Under the pieces are notes generated by a model. It ran no database searches. It saw only the letters and a program-made list of their open reading frames with translations, and had not been told where the DNA came from. Shown here in pieces: positions 12,630 to 27,866 of a DNA stretch of 64,000 nucleotides. Source of the stretch: Azolla caroliniana (Eukaryota; Plantae; Polypodiophyta); contig JBHGNT010000003.1 in the NCBI GenBank assembly GCA_043228905.1, positions 14,384,001 through 14,448,000 of the forward strand, given 5' to 3'. Both the position numbers and the translations under genes were made by a program. Every line of letters starts with the position of its first letter. The stretch's first letter is position 1.

Positions 12630-15600
12630 TCCTAGCTACAGGTATGACCGTTCACACTCCTTCCCTGACCACGATACCCCTTGAGCCACAGGATGGGTGT
12701 ATACTTGTAGAATCAGACTTCTGCAAATGGAAGAAGCTGAACTTGGCACACTTGAGGGTATTCGGTAGCATTGCATATGTGCATGTGCCGAAGGAAAAGA
12801 GGAGGAAGTTAGATGCGAAAATCGAGAAGTGTATCTTGGTCGGCTACTCGGATGAAAAAAAGGGTTATAAATGTTATAACCCCCAAACGAAAGAGGTTCA
12901 AGTAAGCCGAGATGTTGTTTTCGATGAGTTGGCTTCGTGGTACTTGCCTTCACCTCCAACCCCCATCCACTCCATTCCGAATTCTGAGGATGAGGCTAGT
13001 GAGGCCAAGTTGCCCCTGGAATAGGAAGCCATCGGAGCTCTAGAGGAGAGTCCAATTTCATTTCGGCTAAGTGGGCTGAATGACAAACTGAGTCAAAAGG
13101 ACTAGTCGGACGAAGAGACGACGAGTAGTGGAGACTTGGCCGTGCAGTACCCGCGCTAGAAACCGAGGAGACGGTTTACACACAAGGAGAAGGGGAAGAT
13201 GAAGATGCCAAAATATGATAGTGAGGCTGATACATTGGATCAAAGAGAATTTGATGTGGCCAGGAGCAGAGGGACCTTAGAAAACTAGGTCAAACTCGGC
13301 CGAGCGGGCCATGAAATCGGCAAACCAGAAGTTGTGTCAATCCACCCGCCAAAAGAATCCCGTAATTCGGTATAGGTATAATGAGTATATGGCAGATCAT
13401 TATGTGTATATGGTGAGGGTGGCAGAAGGGCGTGAGCCGGAGAGCTACCCAAGCACGACAAAGGACGCGAATTGGCATGCCGCCATGAAGGAAGAGATGC
13501 GAGCATTATCGGAGAATGAACTTGGAACCTGGTTGACCCCCCAAGGGTATGAAGCTGATCGGATGCATGTAGGTCTACAAGGTCAAGTACAATGCTGACA
13601 GCTCCGTCAACCGATACAGGGCCTGACTGGTGGCCAAGGGCTACGCACAGAAACATAGTGTCGATTACAACGTGACCTTCGTGCCGGTCGCGAAGATAAC
13701 AATTGTCCGTGTATTGCTAGCACTAGTAGCAGCAAAGGGGTGGCATTTACATCAGATGGATGTAAAGAACGCGTTCCTCAAGGCGATCTTGAGGAACAAG
13801 TATACACGGTACAACCCCCTGGATTTCTTTCCGAACAGAACACATTGGCAATTTGCTGATTGAAGAAGTTGTTGTATGAACTCAAGCAAGCCCTATGTGC
13901 CTGGAATGCAAAGCTCACGCATCGACTGTGTAAGATGGGGTTTGCTCCGTCAAAATTGAACTCTTCATTGTTCATTCGGCCGAGTTGGAACCGACCGATT
14001 AGCATTCTGCTATATTTCTTGAGGAACAAGTATACACGGTACAACCCCCTGGATTTCTTTCCGAACAAGAAGTTGTTGTATGAACTCAAGCAAGCCCTAT
14101 GTGCCTGGAATGCAAAGATCACGCATCGACTGTGTAAGATGGGGTTTGCTCCGTCAAAATTGAACTCTTCATTGTTCATTCGGCCGAGTCGGAACCGACC
14201 GATTAGCATTCTGCTATATTTCCATGATGTAGTCATCGCCGACGCAGACCTCAGAGAAATCGGCCGGGTAAAGTCTCAGATTTCGGCAACATTCGAAATG
14301 AAGGATTTGGGGGACCCTTATTACTTCCTCGGGATTGAAGTGATCCGAACCCCCGAAGGCATATTGATCAGCCAATGCCATTATGTGCTTAATATGCTCT
14401 TCAAGTTCGGGACGACGGATTGTAAATCTGTCTCAATCCCTCTAACAAATTGTCGGAAGCCTCATGTATTTGATGGTTACTCGACCGGACCTTAGTTACC
14501 CGGTCGGCTTGATCAATCAATTCATGTCACAGCCAAGGGCCGAACACCTTCAGTGCATGCAAAGGATATTGTAATATGTCAGCGGCACTAAGGATAGGGT
14601 GTTATTCTATCAGGAAGAGGTAGCTGAGGAGTTAGTCGGCTACACGGATGCTGATTGGGCTGAAAATGGCGTCGATCGCAAGTAAACATCCGGATTCGTG
14701 TTTTCATTGGGAAGTGTTGTGATCGTCTGAAGTAGCAAAAAGAAGTCGACAGTGGCATTGTCGAACACTGAGGCCGAGTATCGAGGGGCGACTGTTGCTA
14801 CCTGCAAAGCCATTTGGCTCAAAAGGCTATTGAAGGATATGTAGGTGGAGGGAGGTGTCTGACCTGACAATGGTATACTTCAACAACATCCAACTTGCAA
14901 ACAACCCTATCTTCCACGCTTAGACAAAGCACATTGAGGTGCACTATCATTTTGTCCATGAGCGGGTACTCTCCGGTGAAGTAGAACTAGTGTATGTTCC
15001 GATTGATCGACAAATTGTCGATATCTTCACCAACCCTCTTGGCCTTGAGAAGTTGCGACATTTTTCGAGTATGCTTGGCTTATAGCATCTTGACATGCCG
15101 AACTTGAGGGGGAGGAGTGAAGCCGAAAAGGAGAAAGATGAAGTCAGATAAGCTGAATCGGATGAAGAATTCGATTTCAGCACGATTGAAGAAGTTGGAA
15201 CGTCCAGATGGGCTGGAGACGCAAAGGAAGCATGGACAGGTGGAAGAAGATTGTCTAAGCAAAGGCCAACCACATGCAGGGGGAGTGACTGAAAGAGAGA
15301 GCCAAAGCTAGAGCCAACCAACTTCCCGCCCGGACCAAGCACTTTGAGATGCACTACCATTTTCTCCGTTAGCGGGTCTCTCCGGTGAAGTCCAACTTCT
15401 GTATGTTTCGACAAATCGGCAAAATACCGACATCTTCACCAAACCTCTTGGCTTGGACAAGTTGCAACATTTTTCTGAGATGCTTGGTCTTTAGCATCTC
15501 GATATTCCGCACTTGAGGGGGAGAAAGGAGGACAAGGAGGAAACCGGAACGGGAATTGGAAAGTCAGGCAATGGCACCGGACAAGGAGTTGGAGAGGCTG

Positions 15601-16611
15601 GAGAGAAGGAAACAACCGAGATAGGGGGAGACAAGAAGAAGCTGAGTGGACTGAAGAAGTCGGCACATCCGAACGAGTCGGAACAAGCGGCGACGGCGGC
15701 AGAGTCAAGAAGGACAGAGCCGACCAGAAGAAGAAGGACAAGACCTGGACGTGATCTGATGTAGTGAAGGGCCTGAAGATTGAGGACGAATTGGAGACAA
15801 CCAATTTAGACAAGAGCTAGAATGAATCGGAGGCATCCAATTTGGGAGAGGAGTTCGATTTGGAGAAGCTGAATCAACTAAAGGCCAAATGGACGAGAAG
15901 GGAGCTAAAGTCAACATTGACACAGAGGAACCGATGGGTTGGGAAGCGCCGAAATCACAACAACGATCAAGCTGAGATGGGCCTTATGAGTAGACAAGCC
16001 GACTGAGAAGGTCGAGAGGCGTGGAACCGGACGGGTCATGGGCAACGGGACCGGACAGGTTGAGGAGCGCGAGCCAGGTGGGAAGACGCTAGGAGGAGCC
16101 GGAGGAAAGGTTCGGTGGAAGCACATAGCGATCCAACCTCAAGTTGAGCTTGAGGGGGACTGTTGCGCAGGGAAGCTCAACCAGATCCGGATTGGCATCC
16201 TGAGTGGAGGACCGGATCGGTGTCCAGATAGATCGGTATCCGGAACCTAGAGCTGAACCCGAGAACCGGATTGTACTCCAGAATGATGAGAACCGGTAGG
16301 TTGTTGAAAGTTACGGTCCGAGTCTAGTACGTGGGCATATTCCTTGGAGTTAGTGTCAGTCACTCGTATGGGCATTGAAGTACTTGTGTGTACTTCTGTC
16401 AGTCCTTTTAAGAACTTGTATAAAAAGTGTTATGTAGAACCATTGTATACACATAATGTTATTATTTTGAATTGGTTTTTATTGTTCTGCTTTGTCTCTC
16501 TCTCCTGTGTACATTGTACTCTTAAGCTTCCATTAAACCTTCATCTCTATTTTAGTGTTGTTATCTAGCTGAGCCGGTTTGTCTACAAGCTTCCACAAGC
16601 TATTCTTTACA
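12630..16611 (+). mobile_element. Ty1/copia element family D, 5'-truncated (INT 3' part, RT, RNase H, 3' LTR)
   Basis: LRVFGSIAYVHVPKEKRRKLD; HQMDVKNAFL; MKDLG; YTDADWA; KHIEVHYHF; PPT GAGCTTGAGGGGGAC at 16146-16160; LTR 16161-16611 (TGTTG...TTTACA). Confidence 0.92.
13787..14221 (+). repeat. Tandem duplication (230-bp period) inside copia RT
   Basis: TCTTGAGGAACAAGTATACACGG occurs at 13787 and 14017; the second copy lacks ~25 bp. Confidence 0.9.
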
Positions 16612-16629
16612 CCCCCCCGTCCATCGAAA

Positions 16630-19600
16630 TCGGAGTTTGGTACAACCTTATCAAGAAAATGGCCTCCCTGATCGCTTATGATATCGATGGGGGATTCGAA
16701 CTGGCACCAGATGCTCTCGTAGAGAAATTTTGCAGTGTACTCCGTCATGTTGTCCCGTAAGGCTTTTGCTTCTATCCACTTTGTGCAATAATCTGTTATG
16801 ATTATACCTGTTCCATTTGTCTGCCGTGGCTAGAGTGAATGGTTCAACAAAGTTGAGGCCCCATTTTTGGAGTGGTTCCAATGGTAACACGGGCTGATGA
16901 GGCATACGGGCCCGTTCTGTGGGTTGGCGCATCCGCTGGCATAAATCGCACTATCGGTAGTAGGTATGGGCATCTTTATTTGTGGTTGGCCACCAGAGAC
17001 CACTTTGCTATATTTTCCTTGATGTTGCTTTGTCGGCATAATGCCCCCCCCAGTTCTCCCGCAATGCGCTTCCTGTAATACTACTTCTTTTTCATCGCTC
17101 TGAATGTATCGCCGCCAAATGTCGTTGCTCCCTTTGTGGTATAGTGTTCACTCTAAGAGGCAAATATTTCGACTTCAGACCGCCAATCGCTTCTTCTCAT
17201 CCATTGGCATCCGTGGGGGGGTTATGCTGGTGGTCAGGAAATGACTCATATCCTCGAGCCATTTGTCCTCTGGCATCACCTTGTCTATTTCGGCCTCGTT
17301 TGCCCAAATTTGTAGAATTCCGCTATCCAGAAAGTTGTCAACGCATGCATTATTGATGTGGTTTAGATAATCCTTGATGGCATGCGCCTTGCTGATGCTG
17401 GATCTTGAATTCGAATTCTTTTAGCAACAACATTCACCGAGCCGGCTTACCTGTGAGTGACTACTTCGAAACTAGATACAAGAGAGCTGCATGATCCATG
17501 TGCAACATGAACTTCCGGCCCAATAGGTAGTGTCGAAATTTATTGATACTATATATCATACCCAAGGCTTCTCGCTTGGTCGTGGAGTAATTTTGTTCGG
17601 TGGCCGAAAGTTTTCGGCTTGAATAATAAACTGGCGGATACCAATTCGGTTCGGTTAGTTGCATGAGTGCGTTGCCGATTGCGATGTTTGATGCATCGAT
17701 GAACATGTGGAACGGTTGTGTCTAGTATGAGGATTGGACGCATGGGGATTGTGTTAGCATTACCTTCAGGGCTATGTATGCCTTATCCTCCGTCTCTATC
17801 CATTGGAATGGTGTTCAATGAACTGCCGCATGTAGAGGTGTCGCAAAATCAACTAGGTAGTGTAAATATCCAACTATGCCATCGGATCTGTCTGAGAAAG
17901 CGAATTAGGGCCTGGGCGTTTTTTGGGGCTGGCGCTTCAATGAATTCCTTGATTTTTTCCGGATCGACGGAAATGCCTTTGTGGCTTACTATATGTCTGA
18001 GGAGAGTGCCACTCGTCACGCCAAATGCACGTTTCACCGAATTTAGGCTAAATCGCACTGTTTGGCATCGTTCCAAGCATAACCATAGATGCTGTAGACG
18101 TTTGATGTGCGGGGGCCGTATACAGCGAAATCATCGAGGAAAACTAGCATGAAGGCAGGTATGTATTCGTTGAAAATTTCGGTGATGATGCATTGGAATG
18201 TCGCCTCGTTGTTTTGAGTCCAAACATCATCACATTTGCTACGAATACACCTAGTTTGTTACAAACGTTGGCTTATCCTGATTGTTTGGGTGCATGCAAA
18301 TCTGATTATAGCCACTAAAGCCATCTAACAAATTGTACATCTTGTGTCTGGCTACTATGTTGAGTATGCCATCCGTGAATGGTAAGGGAAATGCATCAGT
18401 TATCATAACAATGTTCAGTTTCCTATAGTCGACGCAGGCTCGGATTTTCCCATTTCTCTTCGGCATGACGATTAGACTGAGCCAAGTCGTTTGCTTTACT
18501 GGTCGGATGAATCCAATTTTCAAAAATATATATATGTCTTCTTTGACGTGAACTACGTAATTCGGATTCATGCGATAATGTTGTTGTTGGACGGGCTTCG
18601 CGCATGTCGCCAAGTTAATCCGGCGCCGGTAGAATTTTGGATCCAACCCTTTCATATCTTTGTGCGACCATGCAAACACATCTTTATATTCATGTAGTAA
18701 ATTGATCATGGCTGCCTTTACCGAAGGTGGTAAATACTTCACAATCGAAAGAGGTCACGATGCGTCAACAGTTCCGACATTCATTTCCTTTAGTGCTAAC
18801 GTTGTGACGCATCGGGAAATCTCCATATCTCACTCGAATGCATCCTGCACCCTATGGAGCTCCATGAGCGATTCCGTATCTAGTTCACATTCTTCGTTTC
18901 TGGCTATCACCGGAGTGGTGTAAGCCCCTACGGTTTCGATGATTTCTATGTCAAACAAGGGGACAATGCAAGGGTTGTTTTGCAAATAATGCTTCCCAAT
19001 TTGCGATGCCCAGACAATTGCAAGTAGCTTTGCTGATGATATTAACGCTGGAGCCGCCATCGATGATGCAACCCAAATATTCTTCCCCTTGTAGGATGAC
19101 GTTAATGGATGGGTTATGGTGGTCGACTACCGTTGGTTCTGCTGCCAATTCGGCAAAATTGGCAGGAATGATCACCTGGTCTGCTTTGCGCATCCATGCT
19201 TCCATCATTTGCCGAAACCTGGGAACTAAATTCAACAGTTTATTCATCGTCATTGTGATCTGGGATCTGGGAGTTAGCGAGGGCTTGCCATATCGGGTTG
19301 GTCATCTTTTATCGCAGCTTCCACCGTTCATGATGTCAACGCTTCGGCTATTCGATCCTGGCACATCCGTTCGACGTTTGCCTTGTTAGCTTTTTCGACC
19401 CAGGCTTTCGCGGCTTTGTGAATGTCGTCTTGGACTTCCCAAACGGCTGCCTTTGTGTGTCTTCGGGTGGTCTTTTGTTGGACCTCTGAGGTGATCGTAT
19501 TGACAGCCAGTCCCTTCCCCTTGTCATGTCACGGGCACTAGGTCGCGTAGTGCCCTGACTGCTGGCAGATAAAACCGTGTAGATTGGACTCGCCTCTTTC

Positions 19601-20321
19601 TACTGCTGGTGAAGGCACTAGCTTGGGCTGTGTCTCAAGCTCATTGCGAGCTTGTGGTTGGTAAGTGCCGTGTGTTGCGGGGTTTCCTGTGGTAGTCGTG
19701 TTGGTTATTCTTTGGTCTGCGTCAGTTTTCCTCCGAACTATTGTTGTGTGGGTGCTGGTTGTGAGTTTGGCGATCATCGTCATACGCCCGTGGTTCGGCT
19801 TGCCCACCTTTATTATTCGTGGGGCATCTACTTACATAGTGTTGCTCATTTTGATTGTTGTATCGGTCATTTTGACGGTAGTCCACTTCATCTCTGCCTT
19901 CATCTTCCCAATAGTGGTCGTCTTCTCGGCGAATACTTTCATTGTAATGATGTCACTATGTGTTTAGATATGGCTCGTCCTGGCGAAACTGCTTGTTTGG
20001 CTGTTGACTGTTGCATTGTGGTTCGATTCTCTGAATCGGTGCTGTGGGTCGATTCAAGAGGTTATACTTGCATTGATCGACCGTGTGTGCCCTGAAGTGG
20101 CAAATTGGGCAGTGTACCTGCATATTACATTCGAGTTCCGATAGATGGTGCGTTGAATCACCTGTCAGAACCGGCGCTCGCCATCCCGTGGTAGCGCTTG
20201 TCGTAAGGATGTCATGGACATGCTTTCTTGTGTATCCTCCATCTCCAACTGAAGAACTCGTGTGATGACCGTGTCTATCGTCTGGCCAGTGAAATCGAGT
20301 ATGCCCAACATCATTACCATG
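16630..20321 (-). mobile_element. Non-chromovirus Ty3/gypsy family C (relative of B): gag 3' part, PR, RT, RNase H, INT; decayed
   Basis: IIDGGSSVN, LDGFSGYNQI, IDASNIAIG...TTKREAL, QKWGLNFV, IISDQGGHF. Continues at 28122-28500. Confidence 0.9.
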
Positions 20322-23300
20322 TGTTGGGAAACAGGTACCTCCGGATGGGATCAGGATGAGAACCGGACGAGATGAAGGAAGGAACCGGATCAGATAGATC
20401 CAAAAGGAGTCCGACCGGATCCGGTATAAACCAGTAAATAGGAACATATTAGTAAATATGTTCAGACATCACCATTGAGGTCATATTTGTAAATAGCCCC
20501 CAAAGGTATATAAGTATAAATATAACTAGGGCAATATTGTTTTGGATGTAGATCATGATTATAGGTGTTGCTATAATCATTCTTGTTGTACACACAAACC
20601 GAGAGAGAGAGAGAGAGAGAGTGTGTGTTAAGAGTCTATTACTAATCAATAGACCAAATCAAGTAAAAAGGAAGAAAATAGATTGGATAGAAGAACCCGT
20701 TCCACCCGACCACCCCCGAGCTATGATCTAGACATAGCCAACCTACCACCGACGTCCCATACCGCCGGATATTAGGATGACTAATACCTTGGAAGAGATA
20801 AACACGATCGTCGAGACGTATGAGGGTAGCTAAGCCTCATATTTATACCTTTTCCTAGGCCCCTTGAATAGATGTGCCTTTCTAAAAGGCTCTCTATTCA
20901 TTGGTTGTCTAAATCATGATAGTGCATGCACATATCATTCATTCTATCCAATCATTAGTCCCCTTTTTAATAATAGTGAACATACCCTTCACTAATGTAA
21001 ATATTAGTGACCTACCCTCACCAACGTTATGTGTACATAACATACTCCCCTAATTCAAAAGATTGCACTCTTGCAATATAAAGTGAGGAAATTGTGCCTT
21101 AAGCGAATGCTCGCGTTCCCATGTGGCATCATCAATAGGTTTATCCATCCATTTGATCTTGAATAGCCGAATCTCTTTAGAAGTAAACGTTTAGTACGAG
21201 AATCAAGAATTCGTTTAGGAACATGAGGTTTGTAAGAAAAATCCTCTAATGTTACAAGATCTTGGATTGTGATGGTGTTATCACGAGAGCCTAAAAATGG
21301 TTTTAGACGACTGACGTGAAAAACAGGATGAATACCAACGTTACGAGGTAAGGCAAGGTGATAAGCAGATGACCCAACTCGCTTAAGGATTTCAAATGGG
21401 CCACAATATTGTGGGGCTAACTTAGCGCACTTGCCCGTAGATAATGACGTAGAATCAGTCGGGACATGCAAAAAAACTTTTTGACCAATAGTAAATGCAC
21501 GAGGACGTCTATCCTGATCAGCATAAAATCGAGCACGATCTTGAGCTGTCTTGACATTTTCTTTGGCAATATGCAACATTTGGTTCATGTCTTGTAAAAA
21601 ATTGTGTGTACTATCTAATGTATCACGATGAATCGTGACATCAACTGGGGCACGTGGCTGAAAACCATACATCAACATAAAAGGACTATATCCAGTGGAT
21701 GTATGTTTAGAGCTATTATAGGCAAATTCTAAGATAGGAAGGTATTGTTCCCACTTAGAAGGGGTTTTTGCTACATAAGCTCGAAGCATGTCCTCAATAA
21801 TTTGATTAACTCGTTCAGTTTGTCCATCAGACTGAGGATGATCTGCGGAACTCATGCTCAACGTAGTTTCTAGTTTCTTAAAGACCTGAGTCCAAAAGTC
21901 ACTAGTAAACTTGGAATCTCAATCACTAACAATATCCATCGGTAATCCATAAAAACGAAATAACTCATCAACAAATTGATAAGCCAACTGTTGAGCGGTT
22001 ACCATGGTTTTTGTAGGAATAAATCTAGCTAATTTTGTTAGCCTGTCAACGACAACCCATATGGCATCATGACCCCTCTGTGTACGAGGTAAACTAACAA
22101 TAAAATCCATCGAGATACTTTCCCATTTATTGTTGGGAATATCTAAGGGATGTAAAAGACCAGCAGCTTTAAGTCGTTCCGACTTATTAATCTGACATTG
22201 TAAGCATTGAGTTACGTATTTATGCACGTCAGAGCGCATCTTAGGCCAGAAAAAAGTACACGAGATGAGAACGAGTGTGCGTTGTATTCCAGGATGACCA
22301 GCAGATGGTGCATCATGACATTCATGAAAAATTTTCTGTTTAACATTTGGTAAATCTGGAACACAGACCTTTCCACTACGGTAGAGCAAACCGTTTGTAA
22401 TGTGAAAGGTCGCCTTCGAGGGTAGGGTGCTAGTATCGGCATCTAAACCAGATTCGGCTTTCGTCCAGTATTTTGAGAAATAACTGTCATCAAGGTATTT
22501 CCCTCGAAGGTGATCTAAAAGATCAGATTTTATTTCCGTGAAGCTAAGCATGTTAACTTCTTTAATGCGACTAAGAGCATCAGCAACGGTGTTCATAGAA
22601 CCCTTGCGATATCGTATGGAAAAATCAAAATCTTGCATAAGGTCAGCCCAACGGCCTTTACGACCAACAAGATCGGGCTGGTCACAAAAATACTTTAATG
22701 ATTGATGGTCTGTTGTAACCACAAATTTATTTCCATAGAGATAGTGCCTCCATGTTTTAAGTGCGTGTATCACCGCAAACAACTCTTTCTCTTGAACCGA
22801 ATACCGAGATTGAGCAGCATCAAGCTTCTTACTTTCAAAAGCGATAGGGTGACCACCTTGATAAAGAACGGCACCAATAGCATAATCACTAGCATCAGTT
22901 TCAATTGAGAAAGGCTTAGAAGGGTCTGGTAATAGAAGAGTGGGAGCCTGACACACATGCTCCTTGAGTGTCTCAAATGATTTGTCAAGTTGTTCATTCC
23001 ATGCACAAGAATAATTATTATCGTAAGAGTTCAAGAGAGGAGAGAGTGGGATATATATCGCAATATGCAAAAGGCCATGAGTTGAGCGTGTGCGATTAGT
23101 GCAAACACGCTCGGCCCGATGCATAATAATAAGTAAAATCGTAGCGTAGTAGGAGGTAGAAAGAAAGAGAATAAAACGTAATACCAATTTGATTCGACCA
23201 TAAAGAACGCATAATAGAAAAAGAGAAGAGATCAAAAAAGAAGAATACCGGGTTTAGAGTGTTGTTTTGATCCTGAGAAGAGCATGACGAGCCTTGTTAG

Positions 23301-26300
23301 ATCCCCCTCGCTCACACGCAAAAAATATCAAAACAACAAAAAAATTGTTAGTAAAAGCTCTGATACCACTGTTAAGAGTCTATTACTAATCAATAGACCA
23401 AATCAAGTAAAAAGGAAGAAAATAGATTGGATAGAAGAACCCGTTCCACCCGACCACCCCCGAGCTATGATCTAGACATAGCCAACCTACCACCGACGTC
23501 CCATACCGCCGGATATTAGGATGACTAATACCTTGGAAGAGATAAACACGATCGTCGAGACGAAAGCCTAGCCCGCACCACCGGTGTCTACGCCAGCAGC
23601 CTTCCGACGTGATTCCTATGAGGGTAGCTAAGCCTCATATTTATACCTTTTCCTAGGCCCCTTGAATAGATGTGCCTTTCTAAAAGGCTCTCTATTCATT
23701 GGTTGTCTAAATCATGATAGTGCATGCACATATCATTCATTCTATCCAATCATTAGTCCCCTTTTTAATAATAGTGAACATACCCTTCACTAATGTAAAT
23801 ATTAGTGACCTACCCTCACCAACGTTATGTGTACATAACAGAGAGAGATAGAAAGTTGTTCTGTTGTAACCACTGGTAGATGAAGATAGAGCTTGAGGTG
23901 ATTGCCTCTGAGTCTCTCATTGTACCCTTCTTCTCATAGTGATTGTTGGAGTCTGTGGGCTCCTGTGGTTTTTCCCGATTTGGGTTTTCCACGTAAATAT
24001 TCCATGTCGTCTCTGTTGTTTGTGTAAGTGCATTGATATTTTCTGTTTATTTCTTCCATTGTGAGTTTGAGACTCAGTTGTGGTCGAGCACTATTCCACA
24101 CTATCTGGTATGAGAGCATAGACGATCCATTCAGTGGCATGTTCAAGCTCACTTGCTCCAACTACCTAGTGTGGAAGTCAAATATGAGGGACATGTTGGT
24201 GGTTAAAGATCTCTAGTTGCTGGTATAGTTTGGAGGCAAAAGACCGGACAAGATCAATGCCACGACCTATGAAGTAATGCACATGAAAACGACGACATAC
24301 ATTCGATGTTTCATTGACATGAGCCGGTACAATAACTTTATTGAAGAGATCAAGGCCAATGAGCTTTGGGAGAAGATCAACATGATGTTGGAGAACAAGA
24401 ATGCCATAAATCGGGTCTCGTCATTCAAGAAGATAGTGAAGCTCCGGTATCAAGACGGTGACAGCATGGGAGAGCATATGAATGCCTTCCAAGGGTTGAT
24501 AAACCAAACTACCTCGCGTGAACTACCATTAGCCGACGAGGTACTAGCACTGTTATCGCTTAGATCCCTCCCGGATAGCTGGGAGACATTGGTTGTCACT
24601 TTGGGCAATGGCGGACCAGAGGGAAAGAACTTATCCCTGGCAAGAGTTAAGTCAAGTCTACTAAATGAAGAAGCTCTCCAGAAGGACCATGTGTCTGGAA
24701 CCAATCCGAAGGCCTTGGTTACGCAAGATGACCATAACCAGGGAAGAGGCCGGAATCGGAGTCCCCTGAACCGGAACAAATCGGGGATGAGGTCGAAGTC
24801 AAGAGGGAGGCCCACTTGCTTTTATTGCGGAAAGCTGGGGCATTTTCAGAAGAATTTCCAACACTTCCGGAAAGCCAAAGGGGGAGTCGGCATTTTGGAA
24901 CCGAGGAAGATTTCGGAAAGGTGAGGAATGTCGACAATCACGACAAATGAAGGAGAGTTGTTGCTCATCACCGAGGAAAACGAGTTATATCTTGTCACCA
25001 ATGAAATGATGTGGGTGGTCGACTCCAGCATGTCGTTCCATGTGACCCCCGACCGGAAGTGCTTCTCATCTTACAGAGCCGGAGATCACGGTTCTATTTG
25101 GATGGGAAATGAAGGTCGGCATAGGAGACTTCTGGTTGACGACGTCAATCGGGTGCCAGTTGTTGTTGAAAGATGTACGACACGTTCCGAAGGTTCAGAT
25201 GAACCTGATATTAGCCGATCAACTAGATGATGAAGGCTACACAAGTAGCATTCGTAACAGAGTCATGAAGTTTTGCAAAGGAAGCCTGATAGTGGCCGAA
25301 ACTTGGAAGATTGACATGTTGTACCTTATGCATGCCTAGATATGCCGGGAAGAAGTGAACATGGTATCCAACACTGCTGGTGAGTTGTGGCACAAGAGGT
25401 TGTGTCGCATGAGCCAGAAAGGGATGCGAAGACTTGCCGAAGATAACCTCATTCCGGAGGTCAAAGACGTGCATCTTGAGAAGTTCACTGATTGCTTGGC
25501 CGGCAAGCAGAACCGAACCTCCTTCCGTATCCGACCACCGTTGAGTCGGAATGCACCGCTGGAACTTGTGCTTACTAATGTATGCCAAGTGGACACAAAG
25601 TCACATGCCGGATTGCAGTACTTCATGACGTTCCTAGACAACCATGAACGAAAGTTGTGGGTCTCACCATTGAAGACGAAGGACCAGGTATTATCCGTCT
25701 TCAACGAATTCCACGTGAGGGTGGAAAGGGAAACCGACCGGAATTGAAGGCGGTTCGAGTGGACAACGAAGGAGAATACCGGGGGTAGTTTTAGGAGTAC
25801 TATTGGTCGATGGGAATCCGGCTCAAATTTACCGTGCCGAAGTCACCAAAGCTGAACGGATTGGCTGAAAGGTTGAACCAGACTGTGATGGAGAGAGTCT
25901 GGAGCATGCTGGCACATGCTAAGTTGTCCAAGAAGTTTTGGGTTGAGGCGCTCATGATAGCAACATATGTGATAAATAGATCACCGTCAACACCCTTGGA
26001 TGGACACAAACCACAAAGAGTATGGACCGGTAAAGACGTGTCTTACCATCATCTGAAGGTGTTCGGTTGTCTCACTTACGTGCATGTAGCCGTAAAGAAC
26101 GAAATTTGATCCGAAGTCTCGCCTACGTGCATATTCCATGGATACGACGATGGTGATTTCGGCTACCGAGTGTGGGACTTGGTCAACAAGAAGGTCTTAT
26201 GGAGTCTAGATGTACTCTTCATGGAAGACAACACCATTGTTGACTAGGAGTCGGAGAACAAAATAGCGCACTCCAGGTCGATTGACGGAGATCGGTTGGA

Positions 26301-27822
26301 AGATGCAATGACCCATTCGGTCGGAAGCTGGATGACACTCAAAGAACCGGCCGGAGTCAGACAAGAAATCGAACCGACCGATGAAGAAGAAGAATAAGAC
26401 ACTGGGACCGGTCAAGACCCCAAATTGGATTCGGATGAAGAACAGACGGAGGAACCATTGGTCGGAAACGAAGGACGGAGATACCCTCTGAGAGAGAAGG
26501 CCCCCTCGGAGACTTCCGGATTTAGAGCATGTCTTATCGACCAGCGAGGGGGAGCCGGAAATGTTCGAAGAACCAGTGAAAGAAACCCACAACCACAAGT
26601 GGTTAAGTGCCATGCAGGATGAGATAGATTCCCTGCATGAGAACCACATATATGATTTGATGGAGCTGCCGAAGGGAAAGAGCGTTCTCTAGAACATGTG
26701 GGTATACAAGCTCAAACCAGAAGACGTTGGAAATCCACTGAGATACAAACCCTGGATCGTGGTGAAGGGGTTTCAACAGAAGAAAGGAGTGGATTTTGAC
26801 GAGATCTTAGCCTCGGTAGTCAAGGTGACATATATCCGGACAGTGTGGAGCATAGCAGCAACCATGGACCTCGAGGTAGAGCAACTAGACGTCAAGACGA
26901 CGTTCCTACATGGAGACCTCGAGGATGAGATCTACATGCAACAACGGAAGGTTTTGACAAGAAAGTGAAGGAGAAACTAGTGTGCCGGTTGAAGAAGAGC
27001 TTATACGCACTGAAGCAAGCCCCCCGGCAATGGTACCGGAAGTTCGTCTCCATGACCAATCAAGGATACCACAAGACGCAGGCCGACCACTGTGTATTCG
27101 TGAAGAAATTTGATGGAGGCGACTTCCTAATACTCCTGCTGTATGTGGACGACGTGCTGATTGTCGGACGAGATCTTATCAAAATCGGAATGCTAAAGAA
27201 GTTCCTGAGCCAGTCCTTCTCAATGAAAGATATGGCTCCGGCGAGGCATATCCTAGGGATGCACATAATCTGGGACCGGAAGAAGCTGTTGAGGTTGTCA
27301 CAACAGAAGTAAGTGGCAAAGGTGCTCCAACGATTCAACATGATGGTAGAAGAAGAAAAGGAATGCAACCTACCATTCTCGGACCAAGCACATCCAAAGG
27401 AGATATCACTATCTCTGGGAGAAGTTAGAAGAAAAATAGTTTTCACTGATAAAGGTCCATATGGAGGAGAACAGATCGGACATGTTGACCATGGTGTTGT
27501 CAACCGAAAAGCCGGACACGTGTTGGAGACGGATCAGACTAACGAGACATCCCATGCCAGAGTGATGGGGAGTTTATTGGGAAATAGGTCCCTCCGGATG
27601 AGAACCAGATGATGCGGATTGTACGAGACGAAGGAAGGAACCAGATCGGATGGATCTGGTATAAAAACCAACAAATAGGAACATATTAGTAAATATGTTT
27701 AGACATGACCGTTGAGGTCATATTTGTAAATAGCCCCCAAAGTTATATAAGTATAAATATAACTAGGGTAATACTGTTTTGGATGTAAATCATCATTATA
27801 GTTGTTGTTATCATTCTTGTTG

Positions 27823-27866
<44 letters not shown>

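Noticed and set aside
23010-23235. Hydrophobic N-terminus of the 438-aa ORF as a signal or membrane segment
   Set aside because: It is T-rich 5' leader brought into frame by the internal deletion.
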